Part shown: positions 19,891 through 29,704 of the stretch, one piece after another | How the letters are laid out: each line of letters opens with the position of its first letter | Numbering within the stretch: position 1 is the stretch's first letter | Assembly (NCBI GenBank): GCA_022792135.1 | Contig: JAAWAM010000029.1 | Span: forward strand, 117,448 to 181,447 | Source of the DNA: Clostridia bacterium | GTDB taxonomy: Bacteria > Bacillota > Clostridia > TANB77 > CAG-508 | Direction of reading: 5' to 3' | Length of the DNA stretch: 64,000 nucleotides | Position numbers and translations under genes: made by a program | The notes under the pieces: model-generated | What the model saw: only the letters and a program-made list of their open reading frames with translations | Databases searched by the model: none | What the model was told of the DNA's origin: nothing

Positions 19891-19923
19891 AAAAGTGCCA
19901 AAAGGATTTCTTTTGGCACTTTA
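19891..19923. terminator. bidirectional terminator hairpin
   Basis: aaaagtgccaaaag / cttttggcactttt lies between convergent genes. Confidence 0.8.
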
Positions 19924-19933
19924 AAAATATATT

Positions 19934-20404
19934 TTAATTTGCATCTGTTAATTTTCTTTTATAATTTCCAGAAATTAATTTTGGAAGATAGGTAATTAAT
20001 TTATATACAGCTAAACGAACTTTTTTACTCCATAAATAAGATCTTCTTAATTTTCTAGCAGATCCTAAAGAAACAGGTTCATCTTCTAGAACCAATAATT
20101 CATTTTGAACTTTTTCTAGAGGAAAGATATAATTTTGACCATCATTATTATCCCAAATTCCATTTTCGTTTTTGAAACAGAAGTTGAAAGTCTCTCCTTC
20201 TAATAAATTAATTTCGGCTTGAAATCCTAATTCTGTTTTTTCCATTTTAACATCAGTTACATTTTCCCAATTGATTCCAAAACCATAATGAATGGATACT
20301 TCTGTTGAGGCATCTTGAAAAAGTTGTCCAATATATGAAATTTTAATTGTACTATTTTCAACTAATTTATCTGTGTTGAAAAATATGTTCTTAGTTAGTT
20401 CCAT
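19934..20404 (-). CDS. hypothetical protein with a CBM-like beta-sandwich N-terminal half
   Basis: 156 aa. Aromatic/Asn-rich motifs (GFGINWENV, GIWDNNDGQNYIF) resemble small starch/glycan-binding modules. This is a weak call. Confidence 0.35.
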   Translation of the reverse strand: MELTKNIFFNTDKLVENSTIKISYIGQLFQDASTEVSIHYGFGINWENVTDVKMEKTELGFQAEINLLEGETFNFCFKNENGIWDNNDGQNYIFPLEKVQNELLVLEDEPVSLGSARKLRRSYLWSKKVRLAVYKLITYLPKLISGNYKRKLTDAN

Positions 20405-20642
20405 CTAATTTCTCTCCTTATTTATCTTTTGCTATCAACATTATAATATTAAATTCTACAATGTTCAAGTATTTTCTTAAAAAAATTAAAAAAAATAAAC
20501 AATGAATAATAAAAAACTTGTTACATACTATTAAATGAGAATATTTTAGCCTTGGGTAAAAAAGAAAAAATACAAAAACATTGTAAAAAAAACAAGTTTA
20601 TGGTAAGATTTAAATAGAAAAAAACATAAAAGGGGAATTTTT

Positions 20643-22469
20643 ATGAAAGAAAGTTTTATCAAAGAGAGCGAAAAGGAAAAAATAGTACAAGAGAACAAAC
20701 ACGAAGAAAAAGCAGAATTTCAAAAGGTAAAAGAAAAACCTAAAAAAGTAGAAAAAGAAATCAAAAAAATGGAAGAGGAGAAAAACAAAAAGAATTATGT
20801 TTTTTTAGGAATGAGTATAGGAATTCTTGTTATTGCAGCAATGATAATTTCTACTATTTTTGCATTAATCCATATCAATAATGAGAAGATTATTAGTGGA
20901 GTATCTATTTCCGGAATCGAAGTAGCAGGTTTATCCAAAGAAGAGGCAAAAGGAAAAATAGGAGCCTTATATGATGAGAAAAAGGAAAAAGAAATAGAGA
21001 TTAAATATCAAGAATATGAAACTAGTTTAAATCCAACTTTAATGGAAGTAAACTATTCTATTGATAAAGCAGTAGAAGAAGCCTATTTAACAGGAAGAAA
21101 AGGGAATATTTTTTTAAATAATTACGATATTTTATTTACCCTAATTGGAAAAAAGAACATAAACATTGATATGTCACTAAATGAAGAACTTACGAAACAA
21201 ACCATCGACGATATTGGTGTTAATTTACCAGGGGTGGTAATAGAATCAAGTTATTCAATTGAAGAAGATGAACTAATTATAACAAAAGGAAAAGCAGGAA
21301 TTGCAATAGATACAGAAAGCTTACTTGAAAAAGTAAAAGAGAGATTAAAGGATGTCAATCATAATGAAGATTTTATAGAAATACCAATTCTCAATAAACA
21401 GCCAGAACCAATCAATATTGACAAAATACATGAAGAAATTTATAAAGAAGCAAAAGACGCCTATTACACCAAAGAGCCTTTCACGGTCTATCCAGAAGTA
21501 GAAGGGGTTGACTTTGATGTAGAAGCAGCAAGAGCCATATTAGCAGAAGAAAAAGAAGAATATATCATAAAATTAACGATTACAAAGCCAAAAGTCACCA
21601 TAGAGCAGATTGGTTCAGAAGCTTTTCCAAACCAATTATCAATTTTTACAACAAGATTTGATGTAAGTGATGTAGATAGATCTACTAATTTGAGAATTGC
21701 TTGTCAAAAAATTAACGGAAAAGTTGTATTACCAGGAGAGACCTTTTCTTATAATCAAGCATTAGGAGCAAGAACAGCAGCAGCAGGATATAAAAATGGT
21801 AAAATATATGCAGGGGGAGAAGTAGTCGATGGAATTGGTGGAGGAATTTGCCAAATTTCATCCACATTATATAATTCCGTATTATTAGCTAATTTAGATA
21901 TTGTAGAAAGAAGAAATCATCAATTTGTAACTTCTTATGTTGGACCAGGAAGAGATGCAACAGTTGTATATGGAATGACCGATTTTAAATTTAAAAATAC
22001 AAGAAAATATCCTATAAAAATAACAGCAACTGCAAAAAATGGGATTGCAACAATATCTATTTATGGAATGAAAGAAGAAAACGAATATACTTTTAAATTT
22101 AGTACGAAAACGATTGGTTCTATTCCATTTACAACAAAATATGTAGAAGATGCTAACATACCAGTCGGGACAGAAAAAGTAAAGCAAAAAGGTGCAAACG
22201 GTCTAAAAACGGAAACTTATATTACCAAAATGTTAAATGGAAAAGTAATATCAACAAAATTACTTTCAAGAGACACCTATGATGCTATGACCAGAATTGT
22301 AATAAAAGGAGTAAAAGCAGGAACGACACAAAATACAGCCCCAGTTGAAACACAAGAACCTAGTACACAAACACCTGAAACGCAACCTCCAACTGAGGAA
22401 CAACAACCAGAAACACCGCCAACGACGAATACAGAAACAGAAGGGCAAAACACACAAGAAATAGAATAG
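20643..22469 (+). CDS. VanW-family protein with a G5 domain and a Pro/Thr/Gln-rich tail
   Basis: It has an N-terminal TM and a VanW core (TTRFDVSD...ETFSYNQALG...GGGICQISSTLYN). The G5-like segment is VGTEKVKQKGANGLKTETY. Confidence 0.8.
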   Translation: MKESFIKESEKEKIVQENKHEEKAEFQKVKEKPKKVEKEIKKMEEEKNKKNYVFLGMSIGILVIAAMIISTIFALIHINNEKIISGVSISGIEVAGLSKEEAKGKIGALYDEKKEKEIEIKYQEYETSLNPTLMEVNYSIDKAVEEAYLTGRKGNIFLNNYDILFTLIGKKNINIDMSLNEELTKQTIDDIGVNLPGVVIESSYSIEEDELIITKGKAGIAIDTESLLEKVKERLKDVNHNEDFIEIPILNKQPEPINIDKIHEEIYKEAKDAYYTKEPFTVYPEVEGVDFDVEAARAILAEEKEEYIIKLTITKPKVTIEQIGSEAFPNQLSIFTTRFDVSDVDRSTNLRIACQKINGKVVLPGETFSYNQALGARTAAAGYKNGKIYAGGEVVDGIGGGICQISSTLYNSVLLANLDIVERRNHQFVTSYVGPGRDATVVYGMTDFKFKNTRKYPIKITATAKNGIATISIYGMKEENEYTFKFSTKTIGSIPFTTKYVEDANIPVGTEKVKQKGANGLKTETYITKMLNGKVISTKLLSRDTYDAMTRIVIKGVKAGTTQNTAPVETQEPSTQTPETQPPTEEQQPETPPTTNTETEGQNTQEIE

Positions 22470-22476
22470 ACGAAAA

Positions 22477-22518
22477 AGAAAAAATCCGATTGTTATGAAT
22501 GGGATTTTTTCTTTTAGT
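22477..22518 (+). terminator. intrinsic terminator after the VanW gene
   Basis: The stem agaaaaaatcc / ggattttttct is followed by a T-rich tail. Confidence 0.75.
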
Positions 22519-22632
22519 CTTGACATTTTATCAAAAAGGTACTATAATTTAAAAAGTTTTAGCTCTTCAAATGAAAGTTAAAATTTAGTTTGTTAGCAAG
22601 AAGAGAATAAAACAATAACTAATTTTACCTAT

Positions 22633-22709
22633 GGGTGATTAGCTCAGTTGGCTAGAGCAGTCGACTCTTAATCGAAAGGTCCTGGGTTCGAATCCCAGAT
22701 TGCCCACCA
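22633..22709 (+). tRNA. tRNA-Lys (anticodon CUU), CCA encoded
   Basis: Cloverleaf: acceptor GGGTGAT/ATTGCCC, anticodon loop CTCTTAA, T-loop TTCGAAT. Confidence 0.88.
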
Positions 22710-22750
22710 AAAATACCTATTTAAAGTAAAATTTAAATAGGTATTTTTTA
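22709..22750. terminator. bidirectional hairpin after tRNA-Lys and the convergent ATP-grasp-like gene
   Basis: aaatacctatttaaa / tttaaataggtattt, flanked by A and T runs. Confidence 0.75.
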
Positions 22751-23590
22751 TTGTTTCAAAAAATCATAAATATTTTTTTTATATTCATTTAATACATTTC
22801 TTCTAAGTACTTTATCTAGCTTTTCCAAGTTCATGTGTGGACTATTATCTTCTATTTCAAGTAATATTAGTTCATCATTTTCAAGTTTAAGAAAATCTAT
22901 TCTTTGAAATCCTACTTTCAAATTAGCTATATTAGCAAATTGTTTTGCTAGTTTTTTATCATTTTCATTTAATGTAATTAATTTTGGTTCTGGATAATTA
23001 GGATATTTTGATGGTGTATATTCATACACATACATTAATTTATTACCAATAAAATAACATTGTATTTCTGATTTAAATTTAAGCTTAGGTTGTAGCAAAT
23101 ACCCTTTTTTGAATTCTTTTTGTAAATCTTCCTTTTTTACAAATTTTTGTCCTATTGCACTACCAAATGAATCATTATCTTTTAACACATATTCTTCTGT
23201 TTCATTAATTTTGTTTATATCTTCAATTTTATCTATTGTTGGTATTACTTTTTTACCTTCTTTAAATAATTTGCATAAGTATATCTTTCCTTGTCCATCT
23301 AATCCTTCTAGATTAACAGTTTTTATATCTTTTTCTTTTAAACGTTCTTTCAGCTTATTATTTTTTATTTTATATAAATTAGTTTCTTTATTATCTTCAA
23401 CCCATGTATTTCTTCTTATTATAATATCAAATTTGTCATCTAAATTTTCATCATAATCAACCCATGCTATTTTTACGATATGCCCATCTTCTCTAAATGC
23501 ATTTGCAATATATTTATCCTCTATAAATTCTTCATTTTTAGGATTCGATAAAATTAAAATATGATATTTATTTTTGCACAATTTATTCAC
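22748..23590 (-). CDS. hypothetical protein, possibly ATP-grasp fold
   Basis: 280 aa. The C-terminal half pattern (LQPKLKFKSEIQCYFIG...GFQRIDFL...LLLEIEDNSP) resembles RimK-type ATP-grasp ligases. This is a weak call. Confidence 0.35.
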   Translation of the reverse strand: MNKLCKNKYHILILSNPKNEEFIEDKYIANAFREDGHIVKIAWVDYDENLDDKFDIIIRRNTWVEDNKETNLYKIKNNKLKERLKEKDIKTVNLEGLDGQGKIYLCKLFKEGKKVIPTIDKIEDINKINETEEYVLKDNDSFGSAIGQKFVKKEDLQKEFKKGYLLQPKLKFKSEIQCYFIGNKLMYVYEYTPSKYPNYPEPKLITLNENDKKLAKQFANIANLKVGFQRIDFLKLENDELILLEIEDNSPHMNLEKLDKVLRRNVLNEYKKNIYDFLKQ

Positions 23591-23933
23591 TTAATATTTC
23601 TCCTTTTTATCCTAATTTTTAAAAATTTTATTCCAATCTTTTATTTTATTTCCACTCAAACTCTATTATAACCCTTTTTTATTATAAGTAAACAAATTGG
23701 TTTTTGTCAATAAACAACCGATTTGTTTGTAAAAATGATAACGATTATTTACTTTTAAAAACTATAATAAATTTTTATTTTTTTCTGAAATCCTATTGAT
23801 ATTATTATGTGACCTTGCAAACAATTAATTACACAATAACTATTTAAGGTATTTACAAATTAAATGTAGAAGGATATCATAATAAGTAGAAGTGTATAAC
23901 ATTTTACAAAAAAATATAAAAGGAGGGGAGTTT

Positions 23934-24443
23934 GTGGGAGTTATCGTCATTATTCTATTAATTGCACTTTTTGTTGGATATGTATATATTAATTCAAAAA
24001 TTAGCAATTTAAAATACAGAGCAAAACAAGAAATGTTAAAAAATACAGGTTTTAGTTCTTCTGATATAAATGCTAAGATTTCTGGAGGGTTAGAAAAAAA
24101 ACAACTGCAAAAATTTTTAGCAAGTCATCCAAATTATACAGAAGAATCGATTAAAGAATTACTAAAACAATATTCGAGTCAATTAATCCAAAAAAATGCT
24201 ATTTCTGAATTTAGTAAAACAGTATGTGAAAAATTAGAAAAAGATTCTAAATTAGAGAAAATGCAAAAGATGGAATTTAAAAGAGCAAATATTAATTCCT
24301 ATAGCAATTCTAAAATAATTGCTCTTGTTGTGTATACTGATAATAAAGATGAATACAATATTTATCTTTACTGTAGTATAGTAGAAGAAAAAATACAATT
24401 AGATAAATATCAAATTATGAAGGGATCTGCTGTAGGTCTTTAA
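23934..24443 (+). CDS. hypothetical single-pass membrane protein
   Basis: GTG at 23934 lies 5 nt after aggagggg, whereas the track ORF starts at 23892. There is an N-terminal TM, VIVIILLIALFVGYVYI. Confidence 0.5.
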   Translation: MGVIVIILLIALFVGYVYINSKISNLKYRAKQEMLKNTGFSSSDINAKISGGLEKKQLQKFLASHPNYTEESIKELLKQYSSQLIQKNAISEFSKTVCEKLEKDSKLEKMQKMEFKRANINSYSNSKIIALVVYTDNKDEYNIYLYCSIVEEKIQLDKYQIMKGSAVGL

Positions 24444-24469
24444 AATTTGATATTATTTTATGAAAGGAG

Positions 24470-24802
24470 ATGTTAAATATGACAGAAAAAGGAAAAGTTA
24501 TTTTAGCTTACATTTTTGGATGGATAGGTGGTTTAATCGTACTTTTTGGAGTAAAGGATAATGAAAAAGATACCAATATTCACGCTGCTCAATCTATTGT
24601 TCTAAGTGCAGGATATTTTATAATCAGTATTTTATATAGCTACCTTCCTATTAGAATTCCATTTTTTAGTACCGCTTTATGGATTATCTATATAGGTGGT
24701 ATTATTATGGGAATCATAAAAGCCAATAAAGAAGAAGATCCTGAATTACCTGTTATAGGTGGGATTGCGAAATCTATCTTTAATAAAAAAATAGAAGGAT
24801 AG
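24470..24802 (+). CDS. small polytopic membrane protein (DUF4870-like)
   Basis: 110 aa with 3 TM helices. ATG 24479 has better RBS spacing than 24470. Confidence 0.5.
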   Translation: MLNMTEKGKVILAYIFGWIGGLIVLFGVKDNEKDTNIHAAQSIVLSAGYFIISILYSYLPIRIPFFSTALWIIYIGGIIMGIIKANKEEDPELPVIGGIAKSIFNKKIEG

Positions 24803-24814
24803 GAAGTATGTGAT

Positions 24815-26263
24815 ATGAAACGTAAACAAAAGATTTTTAATATTTTATTCGTTTTCTTTCTTGTATTCTTTTTGTCATCAAATGTTTTGGCAAAGGATTT
24901 AAAAACTAATTTAAAAATTATTCAAAAAGAAAGTGAAGTAAAGGATTTAAAAGATGAGAAAGTTTATCTTTCAAAATCAATTGTAGATTCTGACCTTGAA
25001 AATGGTGAAGTTACCATTGAATTAAAATTATCCAATACGAAGGAAGATCTTTCTTTAAAGGAAGATACAGAAATATTCTTAGTTATTGATAATTCTGGTA
25101 GTATGGATTATAAAGCAACAGATGGAAGAACAAGGAAATCAATTTTATTAGATAGTACTCGAAAATTTGTGGATACAATATTAAAAGAAAATTCTAATGT
25201 AAAAATGGGTGTCATTAAATTCCATGGAAAATATGCAACACTGATTCAACATAGTGCAGCCGAGTTAGTTACCAATTTAACCAAGGATAAATCTGCTATT
25301 TTGGATGGAATTACAACCATTGAAAATACAGCTTGTGAAGGTGGTACAAATATTCAAGATGCACTTATTAAAGCCAAGAAATCTTTTTCAAATAGTGATA
25401 GTAAGAAAATGATAATTCTTTTAACAGATGGTCTTCCAAATGAAGATAAAAGTAGTTATGTAGCAGATAAAGAAATGATAATGACAAACCAAAAATATTT
25501 ACAAATACTAGAAAACACAAAAAATGAATTAATGAGTACTAACAAAGATGGTATAACTACAATTTCACTTATGACTGGTATAAATAGTGGTGATGTAAAT
25601 TCATCTGGAGAAGTTATATCATCTACAGAAGATGATATAAAAGCAATTAAACTAATCTTTGGAACAGAGGAAAATCCTACTGTTGGAAAATTTTATAATT
25701 GTAAAACAATGAAGGTAGAAGAAGTAGTAAAAAATGACATTACAAAAGATGTACAAAGCTTTTTAGGCACACCAATTCATAATGTTAAAATAGTAGATTA
25801 TTTTCCAGAAGAAATAATAGAAAATTTTGAATTTAGCTATGTAGACAATCCAAATATTGGAAGTACTTCTGAAGCAATTGATATCGATACCAATACAATT
25901 ACATGGGATATTGGAAATTTAAAAGTAAATGAAGCAGCAACTTTAAGATATAAACTAAAACTTACCAATATGCAGAATTTAGCAATACTAAATAAAGAGA
26001 TTTCTACGAATGAAAAAGTAGTTTTAACTTATTCTGATGTAGATTCTAAAAATAAAACCATTACGTTAAATGATAGTCCTAAGATTCAACTTGTTGAATG
26101 GATACCAGAACAAGAAAAAAAGGAAGATAATACAATAGCAAATAAAGTATTACCTTCTGCAGGAATTACCAATATTTTTATAATCGTTACATTAGCAATT
26201 TTAGTAATTATAATTTTAGTTTTTATAAGCATAAAAATGATGCATTATCGTAAAATAAAATAA
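24815..26263 (+). CDS. secreted von Willebrand factor A-domain protein with a C-terminal LPSAG sorting-signal-like anchor
   Basis: It has a signal peptide, the MIDAS motif DNSGSM, and ILLTDGLPNE. The C-terminus is LPSAG, then a hydrophobic helix, then HYRKIK. Confidence 0.7.
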   Translation: MKRKQKIFNILFVFFLVFFLSSNVLAKDLKTNLKIIQKESEVKDLKDEKVYLSKSIVDSDLENGEVTIELKLSNTKEDLSLKEDTEIFLVIDNSGSMDYKATDGRTRKSILLDSTRKFVDTILKENSNVKMGVIKFHGKYATLIQHSAAELVTNLTKDKSAILDGITTIENTACEGGTNIQDALIKAKKSFSNSDSKKMIILLTDGLPNEDKSSYVADKEMIMTNQKYLQILENTKNELMSTNKDGITTISLMTGINSGDVNSSGEVISSTEDDIKAIKLIFGTEENPTVGKFYNCKTMKVEEVVKNDITKDVQSFLGTPIHNVKIVDYFPEEIIENFEFSYVDNPNIGSTSEAIDIDTNTITWDIGNLKVNEAATLRYKLKLTNMQNLAILNKEISTNEKVVLTYSDVDSKNKTITLNDSPKIQLVEWIPEQEKKEDNTIANKVLPSAGITNIFIIVTLAILVIIILVFISIKMMHYRKIK

Positions 26264-26281
26264 TAATAGGGAGAACTTTAT

Positions 26282-26674
26282 ATGGAAAACGAACCAAAAC
26301 AACATTCGAGTGGAAATGAATTATTACAGTTTTTTTTAGGTATCATTCTCTTAGGTGCAGGATTGTTTATGTTAAGCAAAAGAGTTATGGTACACAGTAG
26401 ATGGTATACATGGCATATTGGCGGATTTAATTTATCATCTGGAACAATTACAATACCTCTAATAATAGGAATAATAGGATACTTTATTAACCCAAAGTCT
26501 ATGATTTTTAAAATAATTATCGTATTAAGTGTAATATTTATTGTAATTAGTATTATTATGAGTGTAAGTATAAATTTTGTTACGACTTCTATGTTTGATT
26601 ATATTATAATATTTGGAATGGCAGCTGCTGGTTCAGGCTTATTACTAAAAACATTATTTAAAAAAAGAAAATAG
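26282..26674 (+). CDS. hypothetical 4-TM membrane protein
   Basis: 130 aa and hydrophobic. It lies directly upstream of pspA. Confidence 0.45.
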   Translation: MENEPKQHSSGNELLQFFLGIILLGAGLFMLSKRVMVHSRWYTWHIGGFNLSSGTITIPLIIGIIGYFINPKSMIFKIIIVLSVIFIVISIIMSVSINFVTTSMFDYIIIFGMAAAGSGLLLKTLFKKRK

Positions 26675-26692
26675 ATGTAAGGAGGAATTAAT

Positions 26693-27364
26693 ATGGCAAT
26701 ATTAGAAAGAATGAGTGATTTAATAAGAGCTAATATCAATGATTTAATTGATAAAGCTGAAAATCCTGAAAAAATGGTAAAACAAATTATAATTGATATG
26801 GAATCTCAATTAAGAAAAGCGACACAAGGTTTAGGAACAGCAATGGGAAGCCTAAATCAAGTAAAAAAACAACTAGAAACAGCACAAAAACAAGCTGATA
26901 TGTGGCAAGCAAAAGCCAAAACTTGTTTAGAACAAGGGAATGAGGAATTAGCAAAACAAGCCCTTGGCAATAAAGTAAAACAAGATAAAATGGTAGCTCA
27001 ATATCAAGAAATGTCGTCTTCAATGGAAGTGCAAGTAAATGAAATTAAATCACAAGTAGATTTATTAAAACAAAAATTAGAAGAAGCAAGAAGCAAACAA
27101 GCTATGTTAATAGCAAGAAGTCAAATGGCTGATGCAAAAACAAAAATGGCTAAAACTTTAGGAAATATGGATAGTAAAAGTGCTTTTGCTAAAATGGATA
27201 AAATGGAACAAAAAATTCAATCAAAAGAAGCAGAAGCAGATGCTTTCTCAGATGTTGCAGGTGTACAAGAACTTGAAAATGATCCATTTGCACAAATGGA
27301 TCAAGAAAACAGTATTAATGCAGAGCTTGAAAAATTAAAACAAGAAATGAATGATACTAATTAG
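26693..27364 (+). CDS. pspA: PspA/IM30-family envelope stress protein
   Basis: 223 aa, all coiled coil. The N-terminus MAILERMSDLIRANINDLIDKAENPEKM is typical of the family. Confidence 0.85.
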   Translation: MAILERMSDLIRANINDLIDKAENPEKMVKQIIIDMESQLRKATQGLGTAMGSLNQVKKQLETAQKQADMWQAKAKTCLEQGNEELAKQALGNKVKQDKMVAQYQEMSSSMEVQVNEIKSQVDLLKQKLEEARSKQAMLIARSQMADAKTKMAKTLGNMDSKSAFAKMDKMEQKIQSKEAEADAFSDVAGVQELENDPFAQMDQENSINAELEKLKQEMNDTN

Positions 27365-27379
27365 GAGGAATTAAATAAA

Positions 27380-28165
27380 ATGCAAATATTAATACCAATA
27401 CTTCTGATTGGTTTTGGACTAGTATGTATTTTTTACATACGTCCTAAATTACAAGATAGTGTAACAGAAATAAAATATCTACAAACAAAAACAATTAACG
27501 AATTAGTAGGTATGTTTCAACAAATGGAAGAAAATGGTTTATCCAATGATTATAGAGAATTTGTAGAATTAAAAGGTTCTGTTTTATCAGATAAATTGTT
27601 AGAAACCCCTTTTTCTAACAGAAAGGTTGCTTATTGTGAATCAAATCTAGTACAAGTTACAGAATCAAGAGAACAATATCGAGATAGTAATGGAAATTTT
27701 CAAACTAGAATGGTAAAGCATGAAAATACGATATCGAATGAAAAAACAAGTCAGGAAATACAATTAATAGATGGTAGTTGTGAGACTTCTGTTGTTTTAG
27801 AAATAAATGGTACAGGTTGTAAATTTGACATTCCAAAAACTTTTGACCGATTTGAACCAAAGGCAAATTTGAATTCTTATCACTATTTTAATTCTTTTTC
27901 ATGGAATCGATATGGGGCTGAGACATTAGGATTTAGGATGAAAGAAAAAACAATAGAGGCAAACCAAAACTTATATGTAATTGGAGAAGCTTTTAAAGTT
28001 GGAAATACAATTCATATTGGAAAACCACAAGATACGAAAAAACCATTCATTGTAACAACGAAATCAGAAGAAGATTTAATCAATCATTCAAATCAAAATG
28101 CTATATTTTCCTTAATAGGGGGAATCCTTGCCATAGTAGTTGGTGCAGTAATGTTATTTATATAA
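27380..28165 (+). CDS. membrane protein with N- and C-terminal TM helices, PspA-associated
   Basis: 261 aa, 15 nt downstream of pspA. TM helices occur at both ends. Confidence 0.45.
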   Translation: MQILIPILLIGFGLVCIFYIRPKLQDSVTEIKYLQTKTINELVGMFQQMEENGLSNDYREFVELKGSVLSDKLLETPFSNRKVAYCESNLVQVTESREQYRDSNGNFQTRMVKHENTISNEKTSQEIQLIDGSCETSVVLEINGTGCKFDIPKTFDRFEPKANLNSYHYFNSFSWNRYGAETLGFRMKEKTIEANQNLYVIGEAFKVGNTIHIGKPQDTKKPFIVTTKSEEDLINHSNQNAIFSLIGGILAIVVGAVMLFI

Positions 28166-28205
28166 AAAAATAGGTTGAGATAAAATATCTCGACCTATTT
28201 TTTAA
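28166..28205. terminator. bidirectional terminator hairpin
   Basis: aataggttgagat / atctcgacctatt (one G-U pair), flanked by A and T runs. Confidence 0.75.
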
Positions 28206-29158
28206 TCTAACATATCTTTTCTTTTTAACCACCAAGTTACTCCTAGTGTTGTAAGGATAGATAGGATTATCATAATAACAAAGCCAAAAGGACTCTTTTC
28301 AAAAGGTAATCCTACATTCATTCCCCAGAAACTTGAAATCATAGTGGGTACGGCCATAATAATCGTAATGGATGTTAAAAATTTCATAACGCCATTTAGA
28401 TTATTCGAGATAATAGAAGCATAAGCATCCATGGTTCCATTTAAAATATCTCTATAAATTTGTGCCATTTCAATTGCTTGTCTATTTTCTGTAATAGCAT
28501 CTTCTAGGATATCTTCGTCTTCTTCATATAGCTTTATAATTTTTCCTCTTAAGGTTTTTTCCATGACCAATTCATTTGATTTTAAGGAAGTTGTAAAATA
28601 TACTAATCCTTTTTCTAAGGTTAATAATTTTAAAAGTTCTTTGTTTTTCATGGAGTTTTTTAAGATATATTCAGCTATTTCTGTTTCTTTATTGATTTGT
28701 TTTAGATAATTTAAATAATAAGAAGAATTTAAGTAAAGTATTTGAAAAATGAATCTTGTTTTTTTATAAGTTTGAAAATTTTTGATTTTTCTTTTTTCAA
28801 AGTTTTCAATGATTTTATTTTTTCGCAAAGATACAGTTAAAAAGAAATCGTCTCTTACGACAATCATTCCCAGTGGCATGGTTGAATAGACTTCGCTTTC
28901 TTCCCCTTTTTCCTTTACGGGTACATCTACTACGAAAAGAATTGTATCATCATCATCTTCTTTATCAATTCTGGCCTTTTCTTCATAGTCTAATGCGTAA
29001 CGAATAAAGTCCTCTTGGATATTAATATTTTCACATACTTTTTTAATTTCATTTTCCGATGGATTTACTAAATTAATCCAGGCACCTTTTTTAAATTCCT
29101 TAATTTCTTGAAACTCATTTGTTGTCATATCGGTATTATATATTTTTAGCAAAGCCAT
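28202..29158 (-). CDS. corA: CorA-family magnesium transporter
   Basis: The GMN motif (FWGMNVGLPF) lies between two C-terminal TM helices. The start is taken as ATG 29158, because the track's upstream extension overlaps a consensus promoter. Confidence 0.85.
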   Translation of the reverse strand: MALLKIYNTDMTTNEFQEIKEFKKGAWINLVNPSENEIKKVCENINIQEDFIRYALDYEEKARIDKEDDDDTILFVVDVPVKEKGEESEVYSTMPLGMIVVRDDFFLTVSLRKNKIIENFEKRKIKNFQTYKKTRFIFQILYLNSSYYLNYLKQINKETEIAEYILKNSMKNKELLKLLTLEKGLVYFTTSLKSNELVMEKTLRGKIIKLYEEDEDILEDAITENRQAIEMAQIYRDILNGTMDAYASIISNNLNGVMKFLTSITIIMAVPTMISSFWGMNVGLPFEKSPFGFVIMIILSILTTLGVTWWLKRKDMLD

Positions 29159-29186
29159 CACCTCTTTAACTTTTTTCAATACTATT

Positions 29187-29215
29187 ATTGTAGCTTTTTT
29201 TAGAGATTTTGTCAA
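29187..29215 (-). promoter_or_regulatory. corA promoter (TTGACA, 17 nt spacer, TACAAT)
   Basis: Read on the minus strand: ttgaca at 29215..29210, a 17-nt spacer, tacaat at 29192..29187. Confidence 0.6.
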
Positions 29216-29369
29216 CCTAAACAATTATGTAAATTGTAAAAATAGTTATTTTCTTTATCGGAATCTTACATTTATTTTACTTTTGCAATTTGTCAAAAGA
29301 AAAGGCATAAATAAAAAAAAATAGGACATACTATAAAAAAAGAAAATAAAAAGGAAAGGAGTGGACTTT

Positions 29370-29558
29370 ATGAAAGTAATAGATAAAATAGCATTAGTAT
29401 TAATTATTATTGGAGCCATTAATTGGGGATTAATCGGGATTTTTAACTTCAATTTAGTAGAAGTTATATTTGGAAACATGACAATTATGACAAGAATCAT
29501 CTACGGATTAGTTGGGTTATCAGGATTATGGGGAATCAAATTATTATTAGATGACTAA
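29370..29558 (+). CDS. DUF378-type small membrane protein
   Basis: Two TM helices with IIGAINWGLIG. ATG 29370 follows the RBS aaaggag. Confidence 0.65.
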   Translation: MKVIDKIALVLIIIGAINWGLIGIFNFNLVEVIFGNMTIMTRIIYGLVGLSGLWGIKLLLDD

Positions 29559-29644
29559 ATAGAAAATAAAAACAAAATACCCTAAAAATAAGAAGGACAC
29601 TTTTTCAAAGGAAGAAGGTGTCTTTTTTCTTGTCAAATAATTTC

Positions 29645-29673
29645 TTGAAAAATGCAAGGAAATAGTGTATAAT
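29645..29673 (+). promoter_or_regulatory. promoter of the ABC-F gene (TTGAAA, 17 nt spacer, TG-extended TATAAT)
   Basis: ttgaaa at 29645..29650 and tgtataat ending at 29673. Confidence 0.6.
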
Positions 29674-29704
29674 ACCAAAGACAAAAAAACAAGGAGGAAA
29701 AGAG

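Noticed and set aside
29159-29224. The 22-codon N-terminal extension of corA in the ORF track (TTG start at 29224).
   Set aside because: The 'TTG' is the first half of a consensus -35 box (TTGACA, 17 nt spacer, TACAAT). The conserved CorA sequence begins at ATG 29158.
29592-29625. A possible terminator after the DUF378 gene (gacac...gtgtc followed by a T run).
   Set aside because: The stem I could pair by eye is only about 5-6 bp with mismatches. It is plausible but too weak to list as a feature.
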